Origin: Stenomitos rutilans HA7619-LM2 | GTDB lineage: Bacteria > Cyanobacteriota > Cyanobacteriia > Leptolyngbyales > Leptolyngbyaceae | Assembly: GCA_019358945.1 (NCBI GenBank) | Contig: JAHHIE010000027.1 | Coordinates: 2,994 to 66,993, forward strand | Length of the DNA: 64,000 nt | Direction: 5' to 3' | Part shown: one piece after another, positions 47,841-57,848 of the stretch | How the letters are laid out: each line of letters opens with the position of its first letter | Position numbering within the stretch: position 1 is the first letter of the stretch | Notes under the pieces: model-generated | Databases searched by the model: none | What the model saw: only the letters and a program-made list of their open reading frames with translations | What the model was told of the DNA's origin: nothing | Program-made: the position numbers and the translations under genes

Positions 47841-48005
47841 CTTCCCTACAGCACAAAACCTTTTGTCCGCATAGGTTACGCTCACCTTTTCTGATGTGTC
47901 AGAACAGCTTTACCCATCCTACAACTGCTTCCCCTGCCTTCTCCGCTCCCCCTGCTTCCCCTGCTCTCCTCATGTGCAAACTACTCATTAAAAGGATTAC
48001 TCAAC

Positions 48006-48695
48006 ATGGCAACCATGATTTGGATGGAAGACATTCGGAAAACCTATCGACTGGGTGAAGTAAATGTGCCTGTACTCAAGGGCATTGACCTATCCATTGA
48101 AGAAGGCGAATACGTCGCCATTATGGGCATGTCGGGTTCGGGAAAATCGACGCTGATGAACATTCTTGGCTGTCTCGATCGCCCCTCTGCTGGACATTAC
48201 CTTCTCGAAAACAGAGATTTAACCACGCTCACCAATGATGAACTGGCGTACATCCGCAATCGCCGGATTGGGTTTGTGTTTCAGCAATTCAACCTGCTGC
48301 CTCGTGCCACTGCGCTCGAAAATGTGATGCTGCCAATGGTGTACGCTGGTGTGCCCAAAGCCCAGCGGCGACGACGAGCGGCGGAAGCATTGGCGCACGT
48401 TGGTTTAGTCGATCGCATGAATAACCGCCCCAATCAACTTTCGGGAGGACAACAGCAGCGAGTCGCGATCGCTCGTGCCCTGGTCAACCGTCCTGCGCTG
48501 GTGCTGGCAGATGAACCCACAGGGGCTTTGGATACACAGACTTCTCAAGAAGTGATGGATTTAATGACGGAATTGAATCAACAGGGCATCACGATCGTCA
48601 TTGTGACGCACGAACTGGATGTGGCGAACCAAACCCATCGCACAATCTACGTCAAAGATGGTTTAGTCACCCGTCCCGCAGCCCTGGCACATTAA
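48006..48695 (+). CDS. MacB/LolD-type ABC ATPase
   Basis: [24 protein letters not shown] and DEPTGALD motifs. Confidence 0.95.
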   Translation: MATMIWMEDIRKTYRLGEVNVPVLKGIDLSIEEGEYVAIMGMSGSGKSTLMNILGCLDRPSAGHYLLENRDLTTLTNDELAYIRNRRIGFVFQQFNLLPRATALENVMLPMVYAGVPKAQRRRRAAEALAHVGLVDRMNNRPNQLSGGQQQRVAIARALVNRPALVLADEPTGALDTQTSQEVMDLMTELNQQGITIVIVTHELDVANQTHRTIYVKDGLVTRPAALAH

Positions 48696-48743
48696 CTACT
48701 GACCACTAACTAATCAATCCACTTCCATCACGTTCCCAAAGTT

Positions 48744-49148
48744 CTATAAATTCGTCGAAATCGCTTGCACGGGACAGGTAGGAATGCACTGCTCACACAC
48801 AATGCAGCGCGATCGCGTGAAGGTGAGCTTAAACGATTCTGAGTCAAGCTTCAGGGCCTCAGTCGGGCACACACCTGTGCAAAGCCCACAATGCACACAG
48901 GTTTCTTCATCAATCATGATCTCGCGGTTAGAAAACGAAACGCCAATGTCTTGCGATCGCATCCAGTCAAGGGCTGCATCCAGTTCGTCAATATCCCCAG
49001 ATAGCTCAACGACGAGCTTGCCCACCTGATTGGGCGCAACCTGAGCGCGAATGATATTCGCCGCCACATTAAAATCCTTTGCCAATCGATAGGTGACTGG
49101 CATTTGAACCGATCGCTTTGGAAAGGTGAGCGTAACTCGCTTTTTCAC
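48744..49148 (-). CDS. NIL domain + 2x[4Fe-4S] ferredoxin
   Basis: FNVAANIIRA (NIL); CVHCGLCTGVCP and CIVCEQCIPTCP. Confidence 0.9.
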   Translation of the reverse strand: MKKRVTLTFPKRSVQMPVTYRLAKDFNVAANIIRAQVAPNQVGKLVVELSGDIDELDAALDWMRSQDIGVSFSNREIMIDEETCVHCGLCTGVCPTEALKLDSESFKLTFTRSRCIVCEQCIPTCPVQAISTNL

Positions 49149-49205
49149 AGTCTCAAACGTAAAGTGACTCTATCTTATCGATTTCTACAGAAAAGCTGGG
49201 GATTA

Positions 49206-49305
49206 TACCGATTTAAAGAATGACGGCTACAGATCAATCGGTGGGTAGGGGCAAGGCATTGCCTTGCCCCTACAAGATGTGTCGCATTTTCAATTCAAAT
49301 TGGTA
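49206..49305 (+). mobile_element. 100-bp MITE, second copy, target duplication TTA
   Basis: TTA at 49203-49205 and 49306-49308; nearly identical to 5778-5877. Confidence 0.9.
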
Positions 49306-49398
49306 TTAGAGCGTTGATTTTTCAGTTGTGCCACTGAACCAGAGAGGTTTGAATTCCTCCCTCTGCTTCCTCCGCTCCCCCTGCCTCCCCAGCCCTTC

Positions 49399-50949
49399 CT
49401 ATTCAAAAACCTGCGGCGTAAAGCTGCCATGCAACCCATAAGGCACATGATGCTTGAGATGTAAACGGGCGATCGGCCCCCGATGCAAATCGCGTGCGTC
49501 TAGAATCACGACATCCGATCGCTCATGTGCCGAGTCATAAACCAGCGTGAGCAACCAGCCATCATCCTCTGCTCCAACCAGATCTGCTGACGGCAATCCA
49601 TCCTTAAACGCAGCAGAGGCGCGCGGCACAAAGATGGGTTCGCTGACGTAACCGTGTGGTGCTGCACTCCAAAGCTGTCGTTTGTCTGTTTCCACATCAA
49701 TCTTGGCGATCGCCTGTAGTGGTGCATTTCCTTCAGGTGCATGAGCTGCCCCCATGAAGACGTAATGGTGCGATCGACCCGCTTTCGCCGGATGCACGTA
49801 GGGAAACTCACAACAGCGGCTTTCCACCAATTCACGCTGCACTGCTTGAGTGGTCAGGTTCACGTGAAACCGCCAGAGTTGCCCTGGAGTTAAGGCTGCA
49901 AAATCTGTTTGTCTAAAATCAGCGTCAGCCTCCACAGCGGGTAACGAACCGTAGCAGACCGAATCGATTACGATTTCATCTCCTTGCTCAAACGCATTGG
50001 CATGGTGAAACACAAAGCCAGCGTGAGTCTCAAAGATTCGAGCCTTGAGTGCGTCGCGTTGAGCCGCTGATGCTGTGTGTCGTGGAATCACCACAATCCG
50101 CGTTGGTTTTTCAGGATTGAAGGTGATGCATTCGCCAGCACCGCGTTTGCCTAACAGAAACGGTAGTGGGTTAAAGCTGACGGGATTTTGAAAGAAGATG
50201 GCGTAATTGGGCGTAATGGCAAAATCGTGAATGAAGGCAAAGCCCGGTGTGGCATGGGAATGCTTTCGCAGCAATTTGCCATCAGGATGGAACTCAAACA
50301 GCGTAATGGTGGAAGATAATCCTGGCTTGATGGAAAAATTGACCAGACAAGGTGCACCGTCATCCTGATTGCAGGCAGGATCAATCCAGGGATGAGCTGC
50401 AAAGGCAGCACCAGGCTGCAACACGCCATTCAGGTGATCGAGTCCCAACGTCTCTAGTGTGGCAGGGTCAAGCCGATGCGGTTCAGCCGCTTCCCACAGT
50501 GCCAGCAGCTTTCCACCCCAGTAAAGAATGTTGGTGTTCGCAATGTTTTTGAGGCGAAAATCAAAGGCATTTGCCAGCCATCCACCCGGCTTTTGCGTCC
50601 CAAACACGCCACGATAGAGGATGCGTCCTGCGGCTTGTTCTGCAACATACCCCTCGGTGCGAACGAAGCGATTGCGAAAGTGGGCACGCCCGTTGTCGAA
50701 GGCGATCGCGCAAATCATCCCATCTCCATCAAAGGGATGATGAATCGTCTGCCCATTCACATCTAGCATCCCTGGCCCATTACGGAACAGGGTACCGTGC
50801 AGTTCAGGCGGAATTTTGCCTTCAACGTCATCGATCCAGTAGTCAAACTCTTGCTTGAGAGAACGGTAGCCCTTCTGCCATCCTTCGCGATTGTAGGAAA
50901 GCGTCGGCGGCACGGTCGATGCGCGTTCGTTGAGCTGGAAGCTTTGCAT
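49399..50949 (-). CDS. Carotenoid oxygenase (RPE65/ACO family)
   Basis: LFRNGPG, HPFDGDG, NIANT, FAAHP, FIHDF, EFP, EPIFVP and YGLHGSF motifs. Confidence 0.93.
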   Translation of the reverse strand: MQSFQLNERASTVPPTLSYNREGWQKGYRSLKQEFDYWIDDVEGKIPPELHGTLFRNGPGMLDVNGQTIHHPFDGDGMICAIAFDNGRAHFRNRFVRTEGYVAEQAAGRILYRGVFGTQKPGGWLANAFDFRLKNIANTNILYWGGKLLALWEAAEPHRLDPATLETLGLDHLNGVLQPGAAFAAHPWIDPACNQDDGAPCLVNFSIKPGLSSTITLFEFHPDGKLLRKHSHATPGFAFIHDFAITPNYAIFFQNPVSFNPLPFLLGKRGAGECITFNPEKPTRIVVIPRHTASAAQRDALKARIFETHAGFVFHHANAFEQGDEIVIDSVCYGSLPAVEADADFRQTDFAALTPGQLWRFHVNLTTQAVQRELVESRCCEFPYVHPAKAGRSHHYVFMGAAHAPEGNAPLQAIAKIDVETDKRQLWSAAPHGYVSEPIFVPRASAAFKDGLPSADLVGAEDDGWLLTLVYDSAHERSDVVILDARDLHRGPIARLHLKHHVPYGLHGSFTPQVFE

Positions 50950-51083
50950 AGAAACCAGGAAAGTTTTTAGATTTTGGTTTTTGGTTGTTGGCAAGCAGGA
51001 GCGAGGAGTCAGCTTTAACCTTATGCCCTTTGCTTTTAGCTTTTAGCCTTCATCCCTCATCCCTTATCCCTTATTCCTTCCCC

Positions 51084-52541
51084 TTACTCTTCCCCCACAG
51101 GTTCAATCTGTCGTGACTTCGGCATAAATTCAGTCATTAAATCAGGCAAAAACGGTTGCCCTAGATGCCTGGAAGCGGAAGAGTCGGCTTCGATGACGGG
51201 GACTGAATGTAGCGTTGTCGCTAATGCCGCTTCGGTGGTCTGCTCAGCGCGAGGTAGCCAACCCAAAAACGGTAGTGGCAAGAGTGTCGAGAGGTTGGTA
51301 ATGACGACCAAAAGCGCCAGATTGCTGAAGTTGTTTTCGGTGATGCCTAGCCAGTGCATCAGGAAAGCGCCCGATTCGTAAGACAGTAGCCCAGCCAGAT
51401 TGACTACCGACATTAGCAGCGCAAAAAAGGTTGCTTCAACACCAGGGGGACAAAGCCTTGCAGCCAAGACCAGAATCGGCATGTAGGCAATCTGACCCAT
51501 AACCGTCAAAATCAAATTGTCGCCCAGGCTAAACCAGCGATCGTCAATGCCCAGTGTCCGGTTCGCGTGCGTCACCAGCAGCAGGGTTGTCATACCTAAC
51601 GCCGCCGAAATCACCGTAGACCAGCCAAAGATGACCCGAAACGGCACGGTTTTCAAAAAGCGCTGAAAAAACCAGATGCCTAACAGCGAGGCTAAACTTG
51701 TGACGAGCCGCACGCGCCCTAAGAACTCTGGTTCAAACCCTAACTCATTCGTGGTGAAGAAAAAGAACGCAGATTCAGCGGTTGGCATGGCTTGCCAGAG
51801 GAAGAGAAATGCTGTTGGCATCCAGATCGATTTCTGGCTGACGGCCTGACGAAGTTGCACAAACTGCTCACACACCAGCGACCAATTCATCCGCTCTGTC
51901 ACACGCGTTTCGGTGATCAACCATGCCACCAGGGAAACAATCAGTGGAAAGGTTGCCGTAATCCCAAAAACCGTGCGAGTGCTAAAGTTTTGCAGTAAAG
52001 AGCCGCTGAAATAGGCTGTGAGAATGCCACCAAGCGCTGAGGTACCCCAGCAAAGCGACTGGAGTGAGCCAGCCTTACCAAGGGACTCGCCCCGCGCCCG
52101 TTCCACAACCAGGGAATCCACAATGACATCGCTAAAGGCAACGGAGAGCGAACCCAGCGCGATCGCCGCTGTTGCAGCCCAGGCAGAATGGACGATCGTT
52201 GACAAAGCCACCCAGGAAAGCACTCCTAGTAAGCCTGACAAAATTAAATATGGTCGTCGTCGGTAGCCAAGAATCGGTAAACCGTCCGAGATAAAGCCGA
52301 ACAATGGCTTCACCATCCACGGTAGAGCCGCAATCCCAGCCAAAGCAGACACCTCAGCCGGACTCAGCCCCAGTTCATCCTTCAAAAAGAAGCTGACCGC
52401 CAAACGCGCTAACCCCAGAATGCCCTGTACAAAATACACCAGCAAAATGGCAATCAGCTCGGCGCTTGGTTCATTCCCCAAAAAGATCTTCTCGGTGAAC
52501 GATGCTTTCAGTCTGGCTAAACCAGTTGTGGAAACAATCAT
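51084..52541 (-). CDS. Folate-biopterin transporter (FBT/BT1, MFS)
   Basis: PWMVKPLFGFISD, DVIVDSLVVE, ARLCPPGVEATFFALLMS. Confidence 0.92.
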   Translation of the reverse strand: MIVSTTGLARLKASFTEKIFLGNEPSAELIAILLVYFVQGILGLARLAVSFFLKDELGLSPAEVSALAGIAALPWMVKPLFGFISDGLPILGYRRRPYLILSGLLGVLSWVALSTIVHSAWAATAAIALGSLSVAFSDVIVDSLVVERARGESLGKAGSLQSLCWGTSALGGILTAYFSGSLLQNFSTRTVFGITATFPLIVSLVAWLITETRVTERMNWSLVCEQFVQLRQAVSQKSIWMPTAFLFLWQAMPTAESAFFFFTTNELGFEPEFLGRVRLVTSLASLLGIWFFQRFLKTVPFRVIFGWSTVISAALGMTTLLLVTHANRTLGIDDRWFSLGDNLILTVMGQIAYMPILVLAARLCPPGVEATFFALLMSVVNLAGLLSYESGAFLMHWLGITENNFSNLALLVVITNLSTLLPLPFLGWLPRAEQTTEAALATTLHSVPVIEADSSASRHLGQPFLPDLMTEFMPKSRQIEPVGEE

Positions 52542-52610
52542 TGATAATTTGTTACAAACGTTTATCAATTCAGCCCCTATCATAACGCTTGATTACAGGA
52601 GAGGCACTGT

Positions 52611-52736
52611 TTACTCTTTCAAGCTGCCCAATTTGCGTTCATGGTGATACATTTTCTTCTTGATTGCGTCAGCGTTGAGCATGCCAGCATTGACAAACAT
52701 CTCTAAGAGCCTTGCCAGTAAAGCTGATTTTTGCAT
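52611..52736 (-). CDS. Possible 41-aa small protein
   Basis: MQKSALLARLLEMFVNAGMLNADAIKKKMYHHERKLGSLKE*; no recognised motif. Confidence 0.3.
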   Translation of the reverse strand: MQKSALLARLLEMFVNAGMLNADAIKKKMYHHERKLGSLKE

Positions 52737-52816
52737 GACGGCTAAATTTGAAGAAGTGTGAACATCAAGAGCAACTATTACGTTATGTAAACGAAATTTG
52801 ACGAATGGCTCTTCAC

Positions 52817-53380
52817 TTACCTGTCTGAATGAACTTGCAAACAGGCACATTTTTCCAGAAATGATGCCGCCTTACGCTCTGCATCGGGATTGTGGGTATG
52901 GGCTGGAGTGGGTCGGATGATGCCGTTGAAGAGATCGTCCAAATCGTAGGGAGTGAAATAGTGCCACACCCCCTGAGCATTGCAGCGCACGCCGATCGCT
53001 GTTGCTGTATGAAGCCAGTCGGCAATGCCATCCTCAGTGCTTCTGTAGGGTCTGCGACCAGCACGCCAACGGGCAAAGCTGGCCTGGTTCTTGACATCAA
53101 ACACGTAGTCAGGAAAGTGCCCGGTCAGAATTGCTTTCGCTACCAATTCTTGATCACGGTTCCCCTGCGCGTCAAAAAACGCCAGATCAAAATCTTTAAT
53201 GGTCAAGGCACAGTTGCGTCCAAAGCGCGATCGCCACACCGTATTCCGCACAGCCCCTCCTGCCAACCACCAATCGGGTAAATGAAGCTGAGCCATTGCT
53301 GGCAGCACCATGCCAACAGGCGATGCAGCCAAAATCTGGTGGAGGCGATCGGATAAGGGATGAATTAAGGACTTAGGCAT
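52817..53380 (-). CDS. Nucleotidyltransferase family protein (DUF925/NTP_transf_6-like)
   Basis: WWLAGGAVRNTVW, DFDLAFFD, VKNQA and ATAIGVR motifs. Confidence 0.82.
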   Translation of the reverse strand: MPKSLIHPLSDRLHQILAASPVGMVLPAMAQLHLPDWWLAGGAVRNTVWRSRFGRNCALTIKDFDLAFFDAQGNRDQELVAKAILTGHFPDYVFDVKNQASFARWRAGRRPYRSTEDGIADWLHTATAIGVRCNAQGVWHYFTPYDLDDLFNGIIRPTPAHTHNPDAERKAASFLEKCACLQVHSDR

Positions 53381-53476
53381 TGATTAAAACTTCGGAGGTT
53401 TAGGCAACAACATTGGCTAGTTGCTTGTTTTTGGGTTCAATCCTTCGAGGTTCGGGTAAGCCCATAGGGCTTAAAT

Positions 53477-53520
53477 CTAGAGGCTGTTTTGCACTAGAGG
53501 CTGTTCTGCACTAGAGGATG
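53477..53520 (+). repeat. 17-bp tandem repeat CTAGAGGCTGTT[T/C]TGCA x2.5
   Basis: Copies at 53477 and 53494, partial at 53511. Confidence 0.85.
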
Positions 53521-53554
53521 CTAAGGCCGCATCACACCGATGCAAAAAATTCAT
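53518..53554 (+). promoter_or_regulatory. NtcB (LysR) binding sites
   Basis: ATGC-N7-GCAT at 53518-53532 (AT-N11-AT), centred ~51 bp upstream of the NtcA box; second AT-N11-AT at 53540-53554. Confidence 0.7.
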
Positions 53555-53569
53555 AAACAGAAATGTTTT

Positions 53570-53611
53570 GTGACTAAAGATACGAATTTTTGTGAATAGC
53601 CAGCTTACGTT
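53570..53611 (+). promoter_or_regulatory. NtcA-activated class II promoter of the nir operon
   Basis: GTG-N8-TAC (53570-53583), 22-nt spacer, TACGTT (TAN3T) at 53606-53611. Confidence 0.8.
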
Positions 53612-53744
53612 AACTTCAACAAGCGCATGCAAAGTAAATCAGTTGCTGAACAGAATTTGGTTGACGCTGAACAATCTGGTTTGTTTTTAGCTGATTTCAT
53701 AGGTACAAGCATAGCTTGAAGTGCAGACCCAAGGGACAAGTCTT

Positions 53745-55295
53745 ATGACCAGCACAGTGCCAGCAACGAGTCTCAATAAGTTTGAAAAACTCAAAGCTGA
53801 GAAAGATGGTTTGGCCGTCAAGGCAGAGCTAGAGCATTTTGCTCAAATTGGCTGGGAAGCGATGGATGAAACCGATCGCGACCACCGTTTGAAATGGATG
53901 GGTGTCTTTTTTCGTCCGGTGACTCCTGGCAAGTTTATGATGCGGTTGCGCCTGCCCTGCGGCATTCTGACCAGTGCCCAGATGCGTGTGCTGGCAGAGG
54001 TTGTGCAGCGCTACGGCGATGATGGGAATGCCGACATTACAACACGCCAAAACTTGCAGCTACGGGGCATTCGCATTGAAGATGTGCCGGATATTTTCCG
54101 TCGGTTTGAAGCCGTGGGGCTGACCAGCATTCAGTCTGGGATGGATAACGTGCGTAACATCACGGGTTCACCTGTAGCAGGTATTGATGCGGATGAACTG
54201 ATTGACACGCGCGATTTGATTCACCAGGTGCAAGACCTGATTACCAGCAAGGGGCAGGGCAATCCAACCTTTTCCAATCTGCCGCGCAAGTTCAATATTG
54301 CGATCGCAGGCTGTCGTGATAACTCCGTGCATGCGGAAATTAACGACATCGCCTTTGTCCCTGCCTATAAAGAGGGCAACCTGGGCTTCAATGTGCTGGT
54401 TGGGGGCTTCTTTTCGGGCAAACGATGTGAAGCCGCGATTCCTCTAAACGTATGGGTTTCACCCGATCAGGTCGTCGCGTTTTGCGAGGCCATTTTGATT
54501 GTCTATCGAGACCACGGCTTACGGGCCAATCGCCAAAAAGCGCGCCTCATGTGGCTCATTGACGAATGGGGCGTAGAAAAACTTCGTGCTGCCGTGGCAA
54601 CGCAGATGGGTCAAACGCTGCAAAGCGAGGCCGAAAAGGATGAAATTCTTTGGGAGAAACGCGACCACATTGGCGTGTATGCTCAGAAGCAACTGGGGCT
54701 GAACTATGTCGGACTCCATGTGCCGATCGGTCGCTTATTTGCCGCCGATATGTTTGACCTGGCGCGGTTGGCTGACGTGTATGGCAGCGGTGAGATTCGG
54801 CTCACGGTGGAACAGAATGTCATCTTGCCAAACGTGCCCGATTCTCGCCTAGAGTCACTGCTGCAAGAGCCTTTGCTGACCAAGTTTTCGATTAAACCTG
54901 CAACGCTTTCTCGATCGCTTGTTTCCTGCACGGGTAGCCAGTTTTGCAATTTTGCCCTGATTGAAACGAAGAATCGCGCCCTGGCCTTAATCAGCGAACT
55001 GGAAGCTGAGTTAGATACTCCCAACCACGTCCGGATTCATTGGACGGGCTGCCCCAACTCATGTGGACAACCTCAAGTTGCCGACATTGGTTTGATGGGC
55101 ACAAAGGTTCGCAAGGATGGGAAAACCGTTGAAGGCGTGGATATCTACATGGGTGGCAAAGTCGGCAAGGATGCTGTACTCGGCACCTGTGTCACCAAAG
55201 GTATCCCCTGTAGCGATCTCAAACCCGTACTGCGGGATTTGTTGATGCAACACTTTAGTGCCACACTGCGCCAGCAAGTGGGCGTTGGCAACTAA
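53745..55295 (+). CDS. nirA: Ferredoxin--nitrite reductase
   Basis: NKFEKLKAEKDG, TTRQNLQ, NLPRKFN; CTGSQFC and WTGCPNSCG siroheme/Fe-S ligands. Confidence 0.97.
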   Translation: MTSTVPATSLNKFEKLKAEKDGLAVKAELEHFAQIGWEAMDETDRDHRLKWMGVFFRPVTPGKFMMRLRLPCGILTSAQMRVLAEVVQRYGDDGNADITTRQNLQLRGIRIEDVPDIFRRFEAVGLTSIQSGMDNVRNITGSPVAGIDADELIDTRDLIHQVQDLITSKGQGNPTFSNLPRKFNIAIAGCRDNSVHAEINDIAFVPAYKEGNLGFNVLVGGFFSGKRCEAAIPLNVWVSPDQVVAFCEAILIVYRDHGLRANRQKARLMWLIDEWGVEKLRAAVATQMGQTLQSEAEKDEILWEKRDHIGVYAQKQLGLNYVGLHVPIGRLFAADMFDLARLADVYGSGEIRLTVEQNVILPNVPDSRLESLLQEPLLTKFSIKPATLSRSLVSCTGSQFCNFALIETKNRALALISELEAELDTPNHVRIHWTGCPNSCGQPQVADIGLMGTKVRKDGKTVEGVDIYMGGKVGKDAVLGTCVTKGIPCSDLKPVLRDLLMQHFSATLRQQVGVGN

Positions 55296-55420
55296 ATTTT
55301 GGTATTGCTTGCCGCGATCGTGCAGTCGTGAAGATATCTTCGCGCTGAAGCACCGACAGCGGTGACAAGCATAGGGTTCAATCAGAACTCAAGCGTTTAT
55401 TTAAGATATTAGGAGCATTG

Positions 55421-56743
55421 ATGATGGCCCGGTTCTCAAGAAGGAAGTTCATTCTCACGACAGGCGCAACGGCTGCGACTGCCCTGTTTGTCAACGGCTG
55501 CAAATCGTCTAAATCAGCCAAAAATGAAAGCACGTCGGCTGCCATTCCAGCCGTTAATATCAGTGCTGCCGATGCGCCCGAAGTCACCACAGCCAAATTG
55601 GGCTTTATTGCGCTGACGGACTCTGCACCGCTCATCGTCGCCAAAGAAAAGGGCTACTTTGAGAAATACGGCATGAAAGATGTCGAAGTGGTTAAGCAAG
55701 CCTCTTGGCCTGTCACCCGCGATAATCTGGTGCTTGGCTCTGCTGGCGGTGGGATTGACGGCGCACACATCCTGTCTCCCATGCCCTACCTGATCTCAAC
55801 AGGCAAGATAACGAAAGGCAATAAGGTGCCAATGTATATCCTGGCTCGTTTGAACGTTGATGGGCAGTGCATTTCCGTTGCTAATACCTACAAGGACACC
55901 AAGCTGGGCTTAGATAGCGCTCCCTTAAAAGATGCTTTCTCAAAAGCGAAGTCAACGGGTAAAGAAATTAAGGCCGCGATCACCTTTCCAGGTGGCACTC
56001 ATGACTTGTGGATGCGCTACTGGTTGGCAGCAGGTGGCATCAACCCTGACAAAGATATTTCCACCATCCCAGTCCCGCCACCGCAAATGGTTGCCAATAT
56101 GAAAGTTGGCAACATGGAAGCCTTTTGTGTGGGAGAACCGTGGAATGCCCAACTGGTCAACCAGGGCTTAGGTCTGACAGCATTAACCACTGGAGAACTC
56201 TGGAATAACCATCCCGAAAAAGCCTTTAGTATGCGGGCTGATTGGGTAGACAAAAATCCCAAAGCGGCCAAAGCGCTGTTAATGGCTGTACAGGAAGCGC
56301 AGATCTGGTGCGATAAGCCAGAGAACAAAGAGGAGATGTGCAAGATTATCTCCAAACGAGAATGGTTTAAGGTGCCTGCCAAAGACATTGTGGAACGGGC
56401 GCAAGGTAAGTTTGACTATGGCAATGGCAAGGTGGTTGAAAACAGCCCTCACCTGATGAAATTCTGGGCTGAGAATGCCTCCTACCCCTATAAGAGTCAC
56501 GATCTCTGGTTCTTAACCGAAGACATTCGCTGGGGCTACCTGCCTGCTGATACCGACACGCAAAAGCTGGTGGATGCGGTCAACCGCGAAGATTTGTGGA
56601 AAGAGGCGGCAAAGGCGATCGGGCAGACCGCCGCTATTCCCAAGAGCACCTCGCGCGGTGTGGAAACCTTCTTTGATGGAGTCAAGTTTGATCCGGAGAA
56701 CCCCGGCGCTTATCTCAAGAGCCTCAAAATCAAAAAGGCTTAG
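55421..56743 (+). CDS. nrtA: Nitrate/nitrite ABC transporter substrate-binding lipoprotein
   Basis: Twin-Arg-like signal with lipobox VNGC; LGFIALTD, TFPGGTH, CVGEPW; position in the nir operon. Confidence 0.93.
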   Translation: MMARFSRRKFILTTGATAATALFVNGCKSSKSAKNESTSAAIPAVNISAADAPEVTTAKLGFIALTDSAPLIVAKEKGYFEKYGMKDVEVVKQASWPVTRDNLVLGSAGGGIDGAHILSPMPYLISTGKITKGNKVPMYILARLNVDGQCISVANTYKDTKLGLDSAPLKDAFSKAKSTGKEIKAAITFPGGTHDLWMRYWLAAGGINPDKDISTIPVPPPQMVANMKVGNMEAFCVGEPWNAQLVNQGLGLTALTTGELWNNHPEKAFSMRADWVDKNPKAAKALLMAVQEAQIWCDKPENKEEMCKIISKREWFKVPAKDIVERAQGKFDYGNGKVVENSPHLMKFWAENASYPYKSHDLWFLTEDIRWGYLPADTDTQKLVDAVNREDLWKEAAKAIGQTAAIPKSTSRGVETFFDGVKFDPENPGAYLKSLKIKKA

Positions 56744-56752
56744 GGTATTAGA

Positions 56753-56787
56753 TTGCAGTCAGATTGTCTGTGAACGGCTGACTGCAA
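56753..56787. other. Intercistronic stem-loop after nrtA
   Basis: TTGCAGTCAG ... CTGACTGCAA perfect 10-bp inverted repeat. Confidence 0.65.
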
Positions 56788-56891
56788 CCCGTTTCCATCG
56801 TCCACCCGTTCAAGCCTCCCGCGTTTGAACTGCAAATTTCATCCTCTTCTACATCACAACACCTGCAACCCATTTGGAGTAGACCTGGAAC

Positions 56892-57734
56892 ATGGCAACA
56901 AGACTAGACTTTGGTACTGCCAGAAGCGCCTTTCCACAACGCCTTGCCACTCTTATTGGCAAGCAAGCAAAGGGGGTAATCCCATCGGTGATTGCGCTAG
57001 GCGTATTTCTGCTTGTGTGGCAACTCTTGACATCTGGAGAAGGTGCCAGTCTGCCTAGCCCGTTGAAAGTGTTAGAAGAAACCTGGGATCCACTGATTAT
57101 TGATCCCTTTTTTGATAGTGGTGGTTCAGACGTGGGGCTGTTCTGGCAGCTTGCCGCTAGCTTAAAGCGCGTGGCGATCGGCTATACCCTGGCAGCCGCC
57201 GTTGGCATTAGCGTTGGAATCTTAATTGGGGCGGTGGTGCTGCTTTACCAGGCCGTTGATCCCATCTTTCAGGTTTTGCGGACGATTCCACCGCTGGCAT
57301 GGCTACCCATTTCGCTGGCAGCGTTCCAACAGGCAAATCCATCTGCCATTTTCGTGATTTTCATTACGGCAATCTGGCCCATTATTATTAACACGGCGGT
57401 GGGCGTGCAGCAGATTCCACAGGACTACACAAACGTGGCGAAGGTGTTGCAACTCTCAAAAGTGGAATATTTCACCAAGATTTTGTTGCCTGCGACTGTG
57501 CCGTATATTTTCACCGGGTTGAAGATTGCGGTGGGGCTGTCGTGGCTGGCGATCGTCGCTGCCGAAATGCTCACAGGTGGCGTTGGCATTGGCTTCTTTA
57601 TTTGGGATTCCTACAACAGCGGCAACCTCAGTGAAGTGATTCTAGCCGTCATCTATGTCGGCATTGTGGGGTTGCTGTTGGATAAGTTGATCACGTTTAT
57701 CTCCTCACTGGTTGTTTCTGGAGAGCAGAAATAG
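56892..57734 (+). CDS. nrtB: Nitrate ABC transporter permease
   Basis: SLKRVAIGY, LRTIPPLAWLP and WLAIVAAEM motifs. Confidence 0.95.
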   Translation: MATRLDFGTARSAFPQRLATLIGKQAKGVIPSVIALGVFLLVWQLLTSGEGASLPSPLKVLEETWDPLIIDPFFDSGGSDVGLFWQLAASLKRVAIGYTLAAAVGISVGILIGAVVLLYQAVDPIFQVLRTIPPLAWLPISLAAFQQANPSAIFVIFITAIWPIIINTAVGVQQIPQDYTNVAKVLQLSKVEYFTKILLPATVPYIFTGLKIAVGLSWLAIVAAEMLTGGVGIGFFIWDSYNSGNLSEVILAVIYVGIVGLLLDKLITFISSLVVSGEQK

Positions 57735-57848
57735 CCGCAGTTAATGCTCAAGAATGGGACTCAATGAGTTTTCCTGCTTGAGCCATTCGTTTCGGCTGCA
57801 CGTTCTTGCCACCCTTCATCTTGTCACCCTTCACCTCCTCTAGTTGCC

